A stretch of DNA of 49,809 nt from a virus (lineage: Duplodnaviria; Heunggongvirae; Uroviricota; Caudoviricetes). A program made the position numbers and the translations under genes. The notes under the pieces were generated by a model that saw only the letters and a list, made by a program, of their open reading frames with translations, was not told the origin of the DNA and ran no database searches. Shown here piece after piece: positions 1 to 8,732 of the stretch (positions are counted from its first letter, which is position 1; each line of letters begins with the position of its first letter). The stretch lies in IMG/VR virus record IMGVR_UViG_2663762603_000001. One strand, written 5' to 3'.

Positions 1-1131
1 TCAAATGACCAGTTTTTTCCATTCCTTACCGCGTGCGTCGTTGTAAATATCGGTCATTTTTTGATTCGAATGGCCTAGCAAAATTTTGGTATCAACCCCC
101 TGCTCTCTGAACAATCGCTCTGATAAAGATCTCTGCTCATGGAAAGAGGGAGGGGTGCCATTAGCACGCCAGTTGTAATCCACAGAATCCCGGGCTTTTT
201 TAAATGCAACGGTTAATGTTGCTGGCTTAACCATCCCGCCGCGCTTAGCTGTCCCTTTCGCGTGATGGTGGTGCAATAGCCACGGACTAAGAACGCAATC
301 GCGGCAGGATGACACCACATCATCCAGGGTGAGATTTAATTTATCGCAACGCAGAGCCAGAGGGATGGCAATCCGGGTTCCTGTTTTTTGCTGTTCGACA
401 TGAAGATAACCATCCCGGATATCCGAAAATTGCATTTTGCAAATATCTGAAAGGCGCTGGCCTGTCATCAGTGCCAGCAGCATACCGCGCTGTAAAAAGT
501 AACCATCCTTTTCCGCTGCGTTATAAATCATCATCCACTCATCAAAAGTCAGTCGCTGTCTTGATATCCGCACCTGCGGTTTTTTTGCCGATTCTGCAGG
601 GTTAAAGCCTGGCGGGACATCGCCCGTTTGCTGAGCTTCCCGGAAAACATCGATCAGTACTTTCCTGAAAATTTGTCCCATTCTGTTATGTCCTCTGGCC
701 TTGTACTCTTCCAGTACTGATACCACATCTTTTACGGTTATGGCATCTAACGGTCTGGTGCCAAAACGTTCATCAAATACCCTGAGAGGGGCCGCTTTCT
801 GTTTCAGCGTGTTGAGTTTGATCTCGCCGTTTTCATATCTTTCCTGTTGAATTTTTCTGTAATTATTCAGAAAAATGGTAACGGTTGATGAACCGCCGGT
901 ATCACTAATAATTTTCTCCTGCAGACTGAGCATTTGTTCCATTTGCTGCCGGGCAAGACGGCTGTTCGCTTCTGCTGCAATAGTTTCTGCCAGTTTCTGG
1001 TCAATACTGCCGAGACCGTGATTTTTGCCTGTTATGGGATGCCTGTAACGCCAGTAAACTTTGTTATTTCTTTTGTCAAAATACGGAGATAATCCCGGAA
1101 CATCGGTTTTATATTTTCGCGGGCGCGCCAT
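1..1131 (-). CDS. int: phage tyrosine integrase (lambda Int-like)
   Basis: 376-aa ORF with ATG at 1129-1131; C-terminal region carries tyrosine-recombinase catalytic residues (…LLGHSNQKMTDIY…); sits at prophage left end beside an excisionase. Confidence 0.9.
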   Translation of the reverse strand: MARPRKYKTDVPGLSPYFDKRNNKVYWRYRHPITGKNHGLGSIDQKLAETIAAEANSRLARQQMEQMLSLQEKIISDTGGSSTVTIFLNNYRKIQQERYENGEIKLNTLKQKAAPLRVFDERFGTRPLDAITVKDVVSVLEEYKARGHNRMGQIFRKVLIDVFREAQQTGDVPPGFNPAESAKKPQVRISRQRLTFDEWMMIYNAAEKDGYFLQRGMLLALMTGQRLSDICKMQFSDIRDGYLHVEQQKTGTRIAIPLALRCDKLNLTLDDVVSSCRDCVLSPWLLHHHHAKGTAKRGGMVKPATLTVAFKKARDSVDYNWRANGTPPSFHEQRSLSERLFREQGVDTKILLGHSNQKMTDIYNDARGKEWKKLVI

Positions 1132-1357
1132 CTTCCAGTATCCTCTTCAAAGCAGGGTGATCTGTGGCGATCACCTCCGGCTTGTTTACCATTCCGACAA
1201 AGCGAGCTTGCGGATCCACTCGCCAGCGTCTTCCAACTTTTTTGGGGAGAGGAAATATCATTCCGGCTTTAGCGTATTTACTTAACGTACTCGGAGTAGG
1301 GACCGGTTCACTGAATTCCTCTTTTGCCCACTCAGTGAGCAGAATAAGTCTTGCCAT
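1109..1357 (-). CDS. xis: excisionase-like small DNA-binding protein
   Basis: 82-aa basic ORF immediately upstream of and overlapping int start, typical xis-int arrangement. Confidence 0.6.
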   Translation of the reverse strand: MARLILLTEWAKEEFSEPVPTPSTLSKYAKAGMIFPLPKKVGRRWRVDPQARFVGMVNKPEVIATDHPALKRILEDGAPAKI

Positions 1358-1421
1358 GAGCGTCGTTCGCTAATCATGGTCGCCGCCACTATAGCTGGTG
1401 GGCAACGACCGGGGTTGAACA

Positions 1422-3893
1422 TTAAAAATCAGCCTGATTCGGGATCAGTTTTTGCCAGATAACTGAAATGTATTTTGCCTGGTAACGGGCGTCATCAAGT
1501 GCATTATGGCGCTCACCTTCGAATGGAATAGCCGTTCTGGCATCGAAGTCTATGGCTTTCCCCAGCTCAACGATTGTGCGTACATCGCGATCGTTGTAGT
1601 AACGCCACGGGCAGGGGATCCCCTGCCGTTCGTATGAACGGCGCAAAATCGTGTTGTCGAAGTTGGCTCCATTTCCCCAGACCTGAACAAAAAATTCACC
1701 GGAGTTTTCGTCGATAAATTCCCGCAATTGTAACAGTGCATCATCTAACGGGATTTCATCGGTCATAATGGCAGACTGCGCTTCACGTGATTGCTTCAGC
1801 CACCTTTTAATGACGTCACGATCAATGACTCCGCCAGCAGTTTCCAGATCGATAGTCTTACTAAATTCCGGTCCCATATCTCCGGTTTGCGGATCGAAAA
1901 ATATTGCACCTATTGAGATAATCGGGGCATCAGGATTTTTTCCCATGGTTTCAAGGTCGATCATTAGATGGTCACACGTCCTGCTGGTGGATGTGATAAC
2001 GTGATGACCGTTCATCGCAATTAAGGGATCTGCCGTCTCGCCAGTTTCACTATCGCTGGCGTGATCCTGAGCGCTACCAGCATTCTCCTTGTGTGGATGT
2101 TCAGCGCCTTCCATTTCCTTCGGATCATTTTCCTGAACTTCAACCTGATTCTCTTCATCGAATGTTTCCTGGTATGTTGCGTCACCCATCACCGCGCCAC
2201 AATCAGGGCAGTTGCCGCCACCGCTTTGACCGCAGGCGGTGCAGACTTTTTCCGGTTCCTGTTGCGCTACTGGCTCAGGTTGTTTCGTTTCTGGCTCGTT
2301 TTGTTGCGTATTTGGGCTGTTTTGTTCCGCTTTCTGGTCGTTCTGTTCCGATTCTTGCTGGTTCTGGTTTACAGAATCGCGGGTTTCAATCCCCTTTACC
2401 CATTTCGGATCATTCGGGTCGCTAATCCCTGCAACAAATTCTCCGCGAGAGGCAGCAAGCAACTTATCGGCGTCAGGCTGGCTGATATTGGCTGCCTGCA
2501 TAATTTTGTTTACTTCGTCAGCGGTAACTTTTACCGGCTCTGGTTGTGCGGTCGTGTCAGATGCACCAGTATTTTGTTGTGAACCTGAGTACGTGCCGTT
2601 TTTACGTGCGAAGTATTCCTCTTTTGTGATTTCCGTAGCTCCCAAGGCTAGTGCTTTTTCCAGACCAGAAAGTTTGTTTGCGCGACCGTATTTTTCGCCA
2701 TCCTTGTCGGTGAAGAGGAAGTAGAACGGCCCCTCACGCTCTACAGATGGTTCGACTTCCACTTTGCATTCGGTTTTTTCGTTGCCCGGAATTGCCGTTT
2801 CCACTGCATCAGTTTCTGGTACTGGCGACGAGAGAGTATCAGTTGCGCTCTGATTTCTTCCTTCATCTTCAAACACGCCCTTTGTAGTCAGGTATTCAGT
2901 AATGTATTTGTTCAGTGCCACAGGGTCTTTGTGAATGTCGATCGGACGTTCACGGACAAGGCCAAAAATAGTCTGGCGGTCGTAGCGAAGGGCATCAGGC
3001 TGTTTGCGCATTGATGCCGAGATACGCTTCCAGTCTTCGCGGTCGTTGTCGATAACTTCATTTTTTGCCCAGCGATGGATGCTGCCGTCAATGTTTCCGG
3101 CATCCACATCACCAGGCCAGAGAGCGTAGGCCAGTTCGTCATCCAGTGTTTTCCATGTCTGCTTGTATTCGCGATGAATGGCAGCAATGACCGGGCTGAT
3201 TTTTCCTGTTGAATTTTCAGTGTACTGTTGATTGGCTCTGGCGCGGGCGAGATCAACAACAGACGTGTATTTTCCGGTTTCCTTGCGTTCACCTTCGCGA
3301 CGTTTTTTCCAGATGCGCATCTCTGCCTGAATTTCGGGCCATTTAGCACCAGGAATACATTTATGCTTAACCCACCCAATGGCGTGCAACTTAAGCTCCG
3401 GATACATGGCGTTAACTTCTGGCATTTTCATCAACGCTTCAACGATATGTCCGTCGAATGTTGCCATGTCTTCCTGCAACAATTCCTGTGCGCTAATAAC
3501 CATATCAACGGTGATGTTTTCACATGTGTCGAACTTAACCATGACAGCGTTCTGTACTTCAGGGGCCAGCTTGTCAAAAGTGACGTTCATCGGATCTGAT
3601 TCAGTCTCAACCGGGACAAAGGAAGCAGACTCCTCATCCCAGCGGTTTTCCTGCATATATTCAGCATCCCAGGAATCGAGGGCAGGGCGGGGTATACCGG
3701 GTTTATCCTCGCAGACAAGAAATTTATAAGCGCAGTCCTGAGCAGCCGGATAATGTTCCAGGAATTGCCAGTGAAATTTTGCGCGGGCGCGACGTTCATC
3801 ACCGGCTTCAATGGCAGTGGCTACAGCGACGGCACCTTCTTCCTTTATTGCCTGTTCGTCCGGAATGGCGGCGCAAATAAAGACTTTACTCAT
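1422..3893 (-). CDS. large early-left exonuclease, C-terminal DnaQ-like DEDDh 3'-5' exonuclease domain (family often annotated 'exodeoxyribonuclease VIII')
   Basis: 823-aa ORF; C-terminus has Exo I-like MIDLETMG and Exo III-like HNALDDARY motifs; N-terminal half acidic/Gln-rich with QPEPV-type repeats and a Cys cluster CTACGQSGGGNCPDCG. Confidence 0.8.
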   Translation of the reverse strand: MSKVFICAAIPDEQAIKEEGAVAVATAIEAGDERRARAKFHWQFLEHYPAAQDCAYKFLVCEDKPGIPRPALDSWDAEYMQENRWDEESASFVPVETESDPMNVTFDKLAPEVQNAVMVKFDTCENITVDMVISAQELLQEDMATFDGHIVEALMKMPEVNAMYPELKLHAIGWVKHKCIPGAKWPEIQAEMRIWKKRREGERKETGKYTSVVDLARARANQQYTENSTGKISPVIAAIHREYKQTWKTLDDELAYALWPGDVDAGNIDGSIHRWAKNEVIDNDREDWKRISASMRKQPDALRYDRQTIFGLVRERPIDIHKDPVALNKYITEYLTTKGVFEDEGRNQSATDTLSSPVPETDAVETAIPGNEKTECKVEVEPSVEREGPFYFLFTDKDGEKYGRANKLSGLEKALALGATEITKEEYFARKNGTYSGSQQNTGASDTTAQPEPVKVTADEVNKIMQAANISQPDADKLLAASRGEFVAGISDPNDPKWVKGIETRDSVNQNQQESEQNDQKAEQNSPNTQQNEPETKQPEPVAQQEPEKVCTACGQSGGGNCPDCGAVMGDATYQETFDEENQVEVQENDPKEMEGAEHPHKENAGSAQDHASDSETGETADPLIAMNGHHVITSTSRTCDHLMIDLETMGKNPDAPIISIGAIFFDPQTGDMGPEFSKTIDLETAGGVIDRDVIKRWLKQSREAQSAIMTDEIPLDDALLQLREFIDENSGEFFVQVWGNGANFDNTILRRSYERQGIPCPWRYYNDRDVRTIVELGKAIDFDARTAIPFEGERHNALDDARYQAKYISVIWQKLIPNQADF

Positions 3894-3985
3894 TTTGTTT
3901 TACCTCATTACAGATTTAAGGGTGAACAAATCCCTGCCATTGCTGGCATATAAGAATGAAACCGGATATTTATTACGGAACTGTT

Positions 3986-4177
3986 TTAAAGACCTGCCGG
4001 GATTTCGTTATTATCCTGGTGAATAACTTTATCGACCGGGTAACAGTTACCGGGAATTTTCTGTTCGGTTGCTGCAGTCACACACTCCTGCATTGTCCTG
4101 TGAACACTGACTGCAATATCAACTGGCTCTCCGGAAACAAGAAAAACTGTCAGAACAAGTGCAAATGCTGTATTCAT
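3986..4177 (-). CDS. small secreted protein (predicted signal peptide), unknown function
   Basis: 63 aa from internal Met (MNTAFALVLTVFLVSG…); AAGGA about 8 nt upstream on minus strand; low-GC early-left region. Confidence 0.35.
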   Translation of the reverse strand: MNTAFALVLTVFLVSGEPVDIAVSVHRTMQECVTAATEQKIPGNCYPVDKVIHQDNNEIPAGL

Positions 4178-4362
4178 TGCCAGCATCCTTTTTGTATCGG
4201 ACGTAAACGGGCCAGCATTGAAAGAATGCATATTTTATTTAATAGCTCCCGTTCTTGTTTTCTCTTGTTAATGGCATCTTCAGTAAATACTGGGTTACTG
4301 ATAGTGACACCAATTTCAAAACAACCTTCAGACGTATTAACGTTTGGTAATAACGTTTTCAT
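4174..4362 (-). CDS. small hypothetical protein (kil/cIII-position)
   Basis: 62-aa ORF with GAGGA Shine-Dalgarno 8 nt upstream; stop overlaps start of downstream small gene. Confidence 0.35.
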   Translation of the reverse strand: MKTLLPNVNTSEGCFEIGVTISNPVFTEDAINKRKQERELLNKICILSMLARLRPIQKGCWQ

Positions 4363-4923
4363 TATCGCGTCCTCAACAATGAATTTTGTGATGCAGTGCC
4401 TGGTGCCTCCAGGTGACGTTAACTAGTTAACAATTAACGCCGGATACAGAGAATCCACCCATAACACTGTTTTTGGTTTTAACTGTTCCGCGTGCGCTCA
4501 GCCGCATTCACCACATCACAAAATTCACTTTAAAAAGGGCGGCAGAGCAGTCACGGAGTAAAACTGATACCGCCAAACGTCACCAGAAAATTGATAACAG
4601 AGGGCGTTGCAGCGGGGTTGTCACTTAAGCGTATGGTCAACCTGACAACCCGGTGTCCTCAACGGGGAAGGAATAACCCCGCCATACTTACCGCCGCGCC
4701 ATTTCGCGGATTGCCACAACCGGAAACGCACGGTCGACGAAAATTTAACGACAGGCTATCTATGAACCAGCTACCTCGCCGGGCGCTTTCGCGTTATGGT
4801 CTGACTTTTCAGGGAAATATCCTTTCAGTAAACTGTCAGTGCCGGATGCTCACCCGTGTCCGGCGCACGCACTCCACCTCACCCGTGGAGAACTCCTTAA
4901 TCACCAACCCTCAGGAGGGTGAA

Positions 4924-5199
4924 ATGTCGACTGAAAATGATGAAATCATTAACTCCCTGATACGCCAGATTAATAATTTTGATAAAGCATTGCAACATGC
5001 TGCGGCGCGTAGTGATATAACTCTTTTAGCAATTTCATTTCTTGCATCTGTTATGGATAAAAATGAAGTCGTACGACAGAGTCTTGTTGATTATATCGAC
5101 TCGCTTCAACCCGGCACTTTCAATCATGAGAGCTTCAATCATGAGAAAGAGCATGTTAAGTCTGTAATTAATTCTCTTATTTTGAATCAAAAGAATTAA
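4924..5199 (+). CDS. small hypothetical protein, plus-strand gene inside leftward early region
   Basis: 91 aa starting MSTENDEIINSL…; strong SD (caggagggtgaaATG); 3' end overlaps convergent gene 5177..5509. Confidence 0.4.
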   Translation: MSTENDEIINSLIRQINNFDKALQHAAARSDITLLAISFLASVMDKNEVVRQSLVDYIDSLQPGTFNHESFNHEKEHVKSVINSLILNQKN

Positions 5200-5509
5200 T
5201 GCTTTTTGTTGCAAAGTAATTTTCAAGGGGTTCTATTCGAATCCCTTTCTTTTTCATTAACAAGCCAAACCCCTTATCAATGATGTCCATTAGATCCAGG
5301 AAGTATTTTTCATGTAAATCCTGGTTATCAGAGAGCTGCTTCTCTTCGTACAGCCCGATAAAGGCTCGGCGTACGTTACCGGATATATTGTCGATGGTTT
5401 CTTTTTCTACGGTACTCAGGTCAAGAGTCGCCAGTTGAGAGCGAACCACATTCGATGCCATTTCCTGGAATGGTACTGGTAAATCTTTAAATTCCATCGT
5501 CAACCTCAT
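5177..5509 (-). CDS. hypothetical early-left protein
   Basis: 110-aa ORF; start overlaps stop of upstream gene (TGATG), suggesting translational coupling. Confidence 0.5.
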   Translation of the reverse strand: MRLTMEFKDLPVPFQEMASNVVRSQLATLDLSTVEKETIDNISGNVRRAFIGLYEEKQLSDNQDLHEKYFLDLMDIIDKGFGLLMKKKGIRIEPLENYFATKSINSFDSK

Positions 5510-5661
5510 CAGTCAGTGTTTCTGGTTAACCAGCGACGCGCGCCAGCTTCAGTTTTAAACGTTTTGCTTCTGGTATATGTCATCGCGGTAAACGTGCCGT
5601 CCTGGTTGGGAAACACGCCGCATACCAGAGATTCGTTGTTGCCAAGCTCGATAGTATCCAT
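5509..5661 (-). CDS. small hypothetical protein, first gene of leftward early operon
   Basis: 50 aa from internal ATG at 5659-5661 (MDTIELGNNESLV…) with GAGG SD; the longer track ORF would run through the O_L-like palindrome. Confidence 0.4.
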   Translation of the reverse strand: MDTIELGNNESLVCGVFPNQDGTFTAMTYTRSKTFKTEAGARRWLTRNTD

Positions 5662-5776
5662 GCTGACCTCATTTCCCCTTAACGCCGGGGTAGCGGAACT
5701 GTTTGCGGAGAACACCGTGCGGTGTGTTGATGGAGGTAATTTAGTTTTCTCATTATTTTTCGTCAAGGTTTTTTGA

Positions 5777-5788
5777 TGAGAAAACTCA
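5777..5788. promoter_or_regulatory. operator-like palindrome TGAGAAAACTCA (O_L-like)
   Basis: perfect 12-bp inverted repeat just downstream of repressor gene stop; same core as the palindrome at 6311-6326. Confidence 0.5.
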
Positions 5789-5853
5789 AGTGTTGGCGCA
5801 AGATAAAGCCAATACATTGAAATGTAAGGCTTTAAAATTTTGTGAAGGGATGA

Positions 5854-6261
5854 TTATTGATGCTTGTTGCGTTTGCGAGCCTCTAATAGCTCGGTGAACA
5901 GGCGATTAAAATTCTCAACGCGGGCGCGGAGTTCGCTGAGTTGTGCTTGTTGCTCTGATTTAGGAAGTGCGCGATACAAACGCAGCATCTCTAACTCATC
6001 TTCCGATAAGTCTAGGGTACTATCGAGTGAAACAGGGGGAGCTGGTGTTTTGTCCTCGTCGCCAAACAGTATCCAGGTTGGTGAACATTGCAATACCTCG
6101 GCGAGGCGATGCAAATTTTGCCCGCGCGGGGCTGTATGGTCACTTTCCCATAATGAAATTGATGAGCCAGATACGCCAGCAGCTTTGCTTAAACCGTTTT
6201 GACTTAAGCCTACCTGCTTACGTCTTTCTCTAATGCGTTGACCTAAAGTTTTCTCGTTCAT
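5854..6261 (-). CDS. prophage immunity repressor, HTH XRE-family, RacR/DicA-like (no S24 peptidase domain)
   Basis: 135 aa from ATG at 6259-6261; helix-turn-helix segment LSQNGLSKAAGVSGSSISLWE; divergent from Cro-like gene; no Ser-Lys autocleavage module seen. Confidence 0.8.
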   Translation of the reverse strand: MNEKTLGQRIRERRKQVGLSQNGLSKAAGVSGSSISLWESDHTAPRGQNLHRLAEVLQCSPTWILFGDEDKTPAPPVSLDSTLDLSEDELEMLRLYRALPKSEQQAQLSELRARVENFNRLFTELLEARKRNKHQ

Positions 6262-6283
6262 ATTTAGATATCTTAATAATCCT

Positions 6284-6326
6284 TGACTTGAGATTCCTTG
6301 AGTGATTAGCATTGAGAAAACTCAAT
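6284..6326 (+). promoter_or_regulatory. pR-like promoter (-35 TTGACT, -10 TAGCAT, 17-bp spacer) overlapping 16-bp operator palindrome ATTGAGAAAACTCAAT
   Basis: consensus -35 at 6284-6289; palindrome 6311-6326 overlaps -10/+1; additional TTGAG half-sites upstream. Confidence 0.5.
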
Positions 6327-6338
6327 ATTGGAGGTGCG

Positions 6339-6566
6339 ATGTTTAAATCAGACGTAATTAATTTTTACGGTACGAAAGCCAAAGTAGCGAAAGCTGCTGG
6401 CGTTGACCCATCTGCTGTTTCTCAATGGCAAGAGCTAGTTCCTGAAGGTCGCGCGATGCGTCTACAGGAGGCATCTGGCGGCGAGCTTCTGTATGATCCC
6501 AAGGTTTATGACGAATATCGTAAGACGAAGCGGGCGGGGCGGTTGAACAATGAAAATCACTCCTGA
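6339..6566 (+). CDS. Cro-like / YdaS-like small HTH regulator
   Basis: 75 aa from ATG 6339 preceded by GGAGG; divergent from repressor with 77-bp operator region between. Confidence 0.7.
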   Translation: MFKSDVINFYGTKAKVAKAAGVDPSAVSQWQELVPEGRAMRLQEASGGELLYDPKVYDEYRKTKRAGRLNNENHS

Positions 6567-7071
6567 ACAGGCTCGTGAGGCTCTGGATGCCTGGATATGT
6601 CGACCAGGAATGACACAGGAGCAGGCGACGATATTAATCACTGAAGCATTCTGGGCTTTGAAAGAGCGCCCGAACATCGATGTTCAGCGTGTCACAGATG
6701 AAGGTGGCGCGGTTGATCAGCGAGCGCTTGGCGTTAATCGAGTGAAGATATTCGAACGCTGGAAGGCTATCGACACCAGGGATAAGCGTGAAAAGTTCAC
6801 GGCGCTAGTGCCTGCAATTATGGAGGCTATCCGGATTAATGATTTCAGGTTGTATCGTGAAATTAGTGACGGAAAAAGCATCACGTACATGATCGCCGGG
6901 TTAAACAAAGAATATGGCGATGTGGTGGAGTCCGGACTGCTTTTTGCTGATCCTGCCGTAGTGGATCGTGAAACTGACGAACTTATAGAAAAAGCAATTG
7001 CTTTCAAACTTGCGTATCGACAGCAATACCAACAAAAAGCTGGATGGAATTATGAGCCTTCTTTTTGCTGA
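6550..7071 (+). CDS. cII-position early regulatory protein (YdaT-like, tentative)
   Basis: 173-aa ORF overlapping cro-like stop; position corresponds to ydaT of Rac-type prophages. Confidence 0.45.
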   Translation: MKITPEQAREALDAWICRPGMTQEQATILITEAFWALKERPNIDVQRVTDEGGAVDQRALGVNRVKIFERWKAIDTRDKREKFTALVPAIMEAIRINDFRLYREISDGKSITYMIAGLNKEYGDVVESGLLFADPAVVDRETDELIEKAIAFKLAYRQQYQQKAGWNYEPSFC

Positions 7072-8017
7072 ACGCCCACTGGTTATAAACACACAGCTTG
7101 CGATGAAGATTGGCTTAAATGAAGCCATTGTGTTGCAGCAGTTGCATTACTGGTTGAGAGATACCAATTCCGGCATGGAATGTGATGGTGTTCGCTGGAT
7201 TTACAACACAACGGAACAATGGCTGGAACAGTTCCCATTCTGGTCAGAGTCAACGTTAAAGCGCGCGTTTGCAAGTCTGAAAACGCTGGGGCTCTTGCGT
7301 TGTGAAAAGCTCAATAAATCAAAGCGCGATATGACCAATTTCTACACGATTAACTATGGGAGCGAGCTTTTAGATGATGGCAAATTGAGCGAATCCATCG
7401 GTTCAAAATGCGCCGCTCCATCAGGTCAAAATGACACGATGGAAGAGGTCAAAATGAAACGCTCCATTGGTTCAAAACGACCCAATGTCATCGGGTCAAA
7501 ATGGCCCGATGATCCTACAGAGAATACAACAGAGATTACTACAGAGAATAAAAACACTTTTCGTCCGGAAGCTTCGCAACCGGACCCGCAGACGGCTGAA
7601 CAGGATTTTTTAATCCGGCACCCTGGCGCAGTTGTGTTTAGTGCGAAAAAACGCCAGTGGGGTAGCCAGGAGGATCTGGCGTGTGCGCAGTGGATATGGG
7701 GGCGGATCGTGGGTCTCTACGAACAGGCCGCCAGTGATGATGGCGAGATCATGCGACCAAAAGAGCCTAACTGGACTGTCTGGGCCAATGATGTGCGCAC
7801 AATGCGGATGCTGGATGGCAGAAGCCACAGACAAATTTGTGAAATGTTTGGTCGGGTACAGCGGGATCCGTTCTGGGTAAAAAACATCATGAGCCCGTCA
7901 AAGCTCCGCGAAAAATGGGACGAACTGGTCATCCGCCTGGGGCGTTCACCTGTACAGCGTTGTGTTAATCATATTTCTGAACCGGATACAGAAATTCCGC
8001 CTGGTTTCAGAGGATAA
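7052..8017 (+). CDS. replication initiator (phage O-like replisome organizer) containing origin iterons
   Basis: 321 aa from ATG 7052; internal repeated SIGSK/VIGSK peptide units encoded by DNA iterons, as in lambda O/ori. Confidence 0.7.
   Translation: MSLLFAERPLVINTQLAMKIGLNEAIVLQQLHYWLRDTNSGMECDGVRWIYNTTEQWLEQFPFWSESTLKRAFASLKTLGLLRCEKLNKSKRDMTNFYTINYGSELLDDGKLSESIGSKCAAPSGQNDTMEEVKMKRSIGSKRPNVIGSKWPDDPTENTTEITTENKNTFRPEASQPDPQTAEQDFLIRHPGAVVFSAKKRQWGSQEDLACAQWIWGRIVGLYEQAASDDGEIMRPKEPNWTVWANDVRTMRMLDGRSHRQICEMFGRVQRDPFWVKNIMSPSKLREKWDELVIRLGRSPVQRCVNHISEPDTEIPPGFRG
7394..7503. repeat. five iterons (consensus ~CATCGGTTCAAAATG) at about 20-bp spacing, followed by A-rich tract; candidate replication origin
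   Basis: GGTTCAAAATG / GGTCAAAATGA / GGTCAAAATGAAA / GGTTCAAAACGA / GGGTCAAAATGG read directly; A/T-rich 7510-7565. Confidence 0.65.
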
Positions 8018-8057
8018 GTTTTGATTTCAGGTCATGAGGTAATTTTAAGGGGGACTT

Positions 8058-8480
8058 GTGGCAAAAGTTTTTACACAAGAAGAGCGGGAAAAAATTAAAG
8101 GGCAGGTGGTGGAACTCGTGCGCCAGAGCGGTCGTGAGATGTTACGGCAACTGGAAGTCAAGACAGGTGCGACAAGATATCTGATGAGCGTTCTCGCAAG
8201 AGAGCTGGTTGCCAGCGGCGATGTATACAACTCTGGTTACGGGTTATTCCCGTCTGAACAGGCGCGTAAGGACTGGCAAAATGCCCGTAAAAAGCTCTCA
8301 AGGGCAAAGCTGAAGGAACCATCTGCGGTTGATCCGGACCTTATCTGGTCATTACCTGACGGAGAAATACGTCGCTACGACAGGCGTCAGAACATAATCT
8401 GTCGCGAGTGCCGGAAGAGTGAAGTTATGCAGCGCATACTAGCATTCTATCAGGGAAATGCTCGATATTTATTGAAGTGA
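8058..8480 (+). CDS. hypothetical protein downstream of replication initiator
   Basis: 140-aa ORF with GTG start after GGGGGA; no recognizable helicase-loader motifs. Confidence 0.45.
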   Translation: MAKVFTQEEREKIKGQVVELVRQSGREMLRQLEVKTGATRYLMSVLARELVASGDVYNSGYGLFPSEQARKDWQNARKKLSRAKLKEPSAVDPDLIWSLPDGEIRRYDRRQNIICRECRKSEVMQRILAFYQGNARYLLK

Positions 8481-8662
8481 TGAGATTAAAGTTTATTAGT
8501 TCAGATATTGATTGGCTCTTTTGTGGAGTAGGGTAGAGTTAGTGTGTTTGTCTGCTTGGTGCCAGCAGCGGATATGTTTAACAACAGAAAGCATTCAGCA
8601 TGGTTAGTGGATTTGCAAAGTGGATTAGGATTTGAGAAACTTTGATGAAGTTGTAAAGCTTG

Positions 8663-8696
8663 TTTCTATAAAAATAGAAATTTAACTAATAGTTAA
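8663..8696. promoter_or_regulatory. two adjacent perfect palindromes TTTCTAT-AAAA-ATAGAAA and TTAACTA-A-TAGTTAA upstream of SMEK-like gene
   Basis: inverted repeats read directly, 37-70 bp upstream of ATG 8733 in AT-rich intergenic DNA. Confidence 0.45.
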
Positions 8697-8732
8697 ACAC
8701 ACCTCCAGCTTCATTGAAAAGGATTATTAGCT

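Noticed and set aside
2061-2724. Plus-strand ORFs (2061..2582, 2093..2425, 2239..2724) inside the exonuclease gene
   Set aside because: Overlap the repetitive acidic region of the minus-strand exonuclease on the opposite strand; hydrophobic/Cys-rich low-complexity translations.
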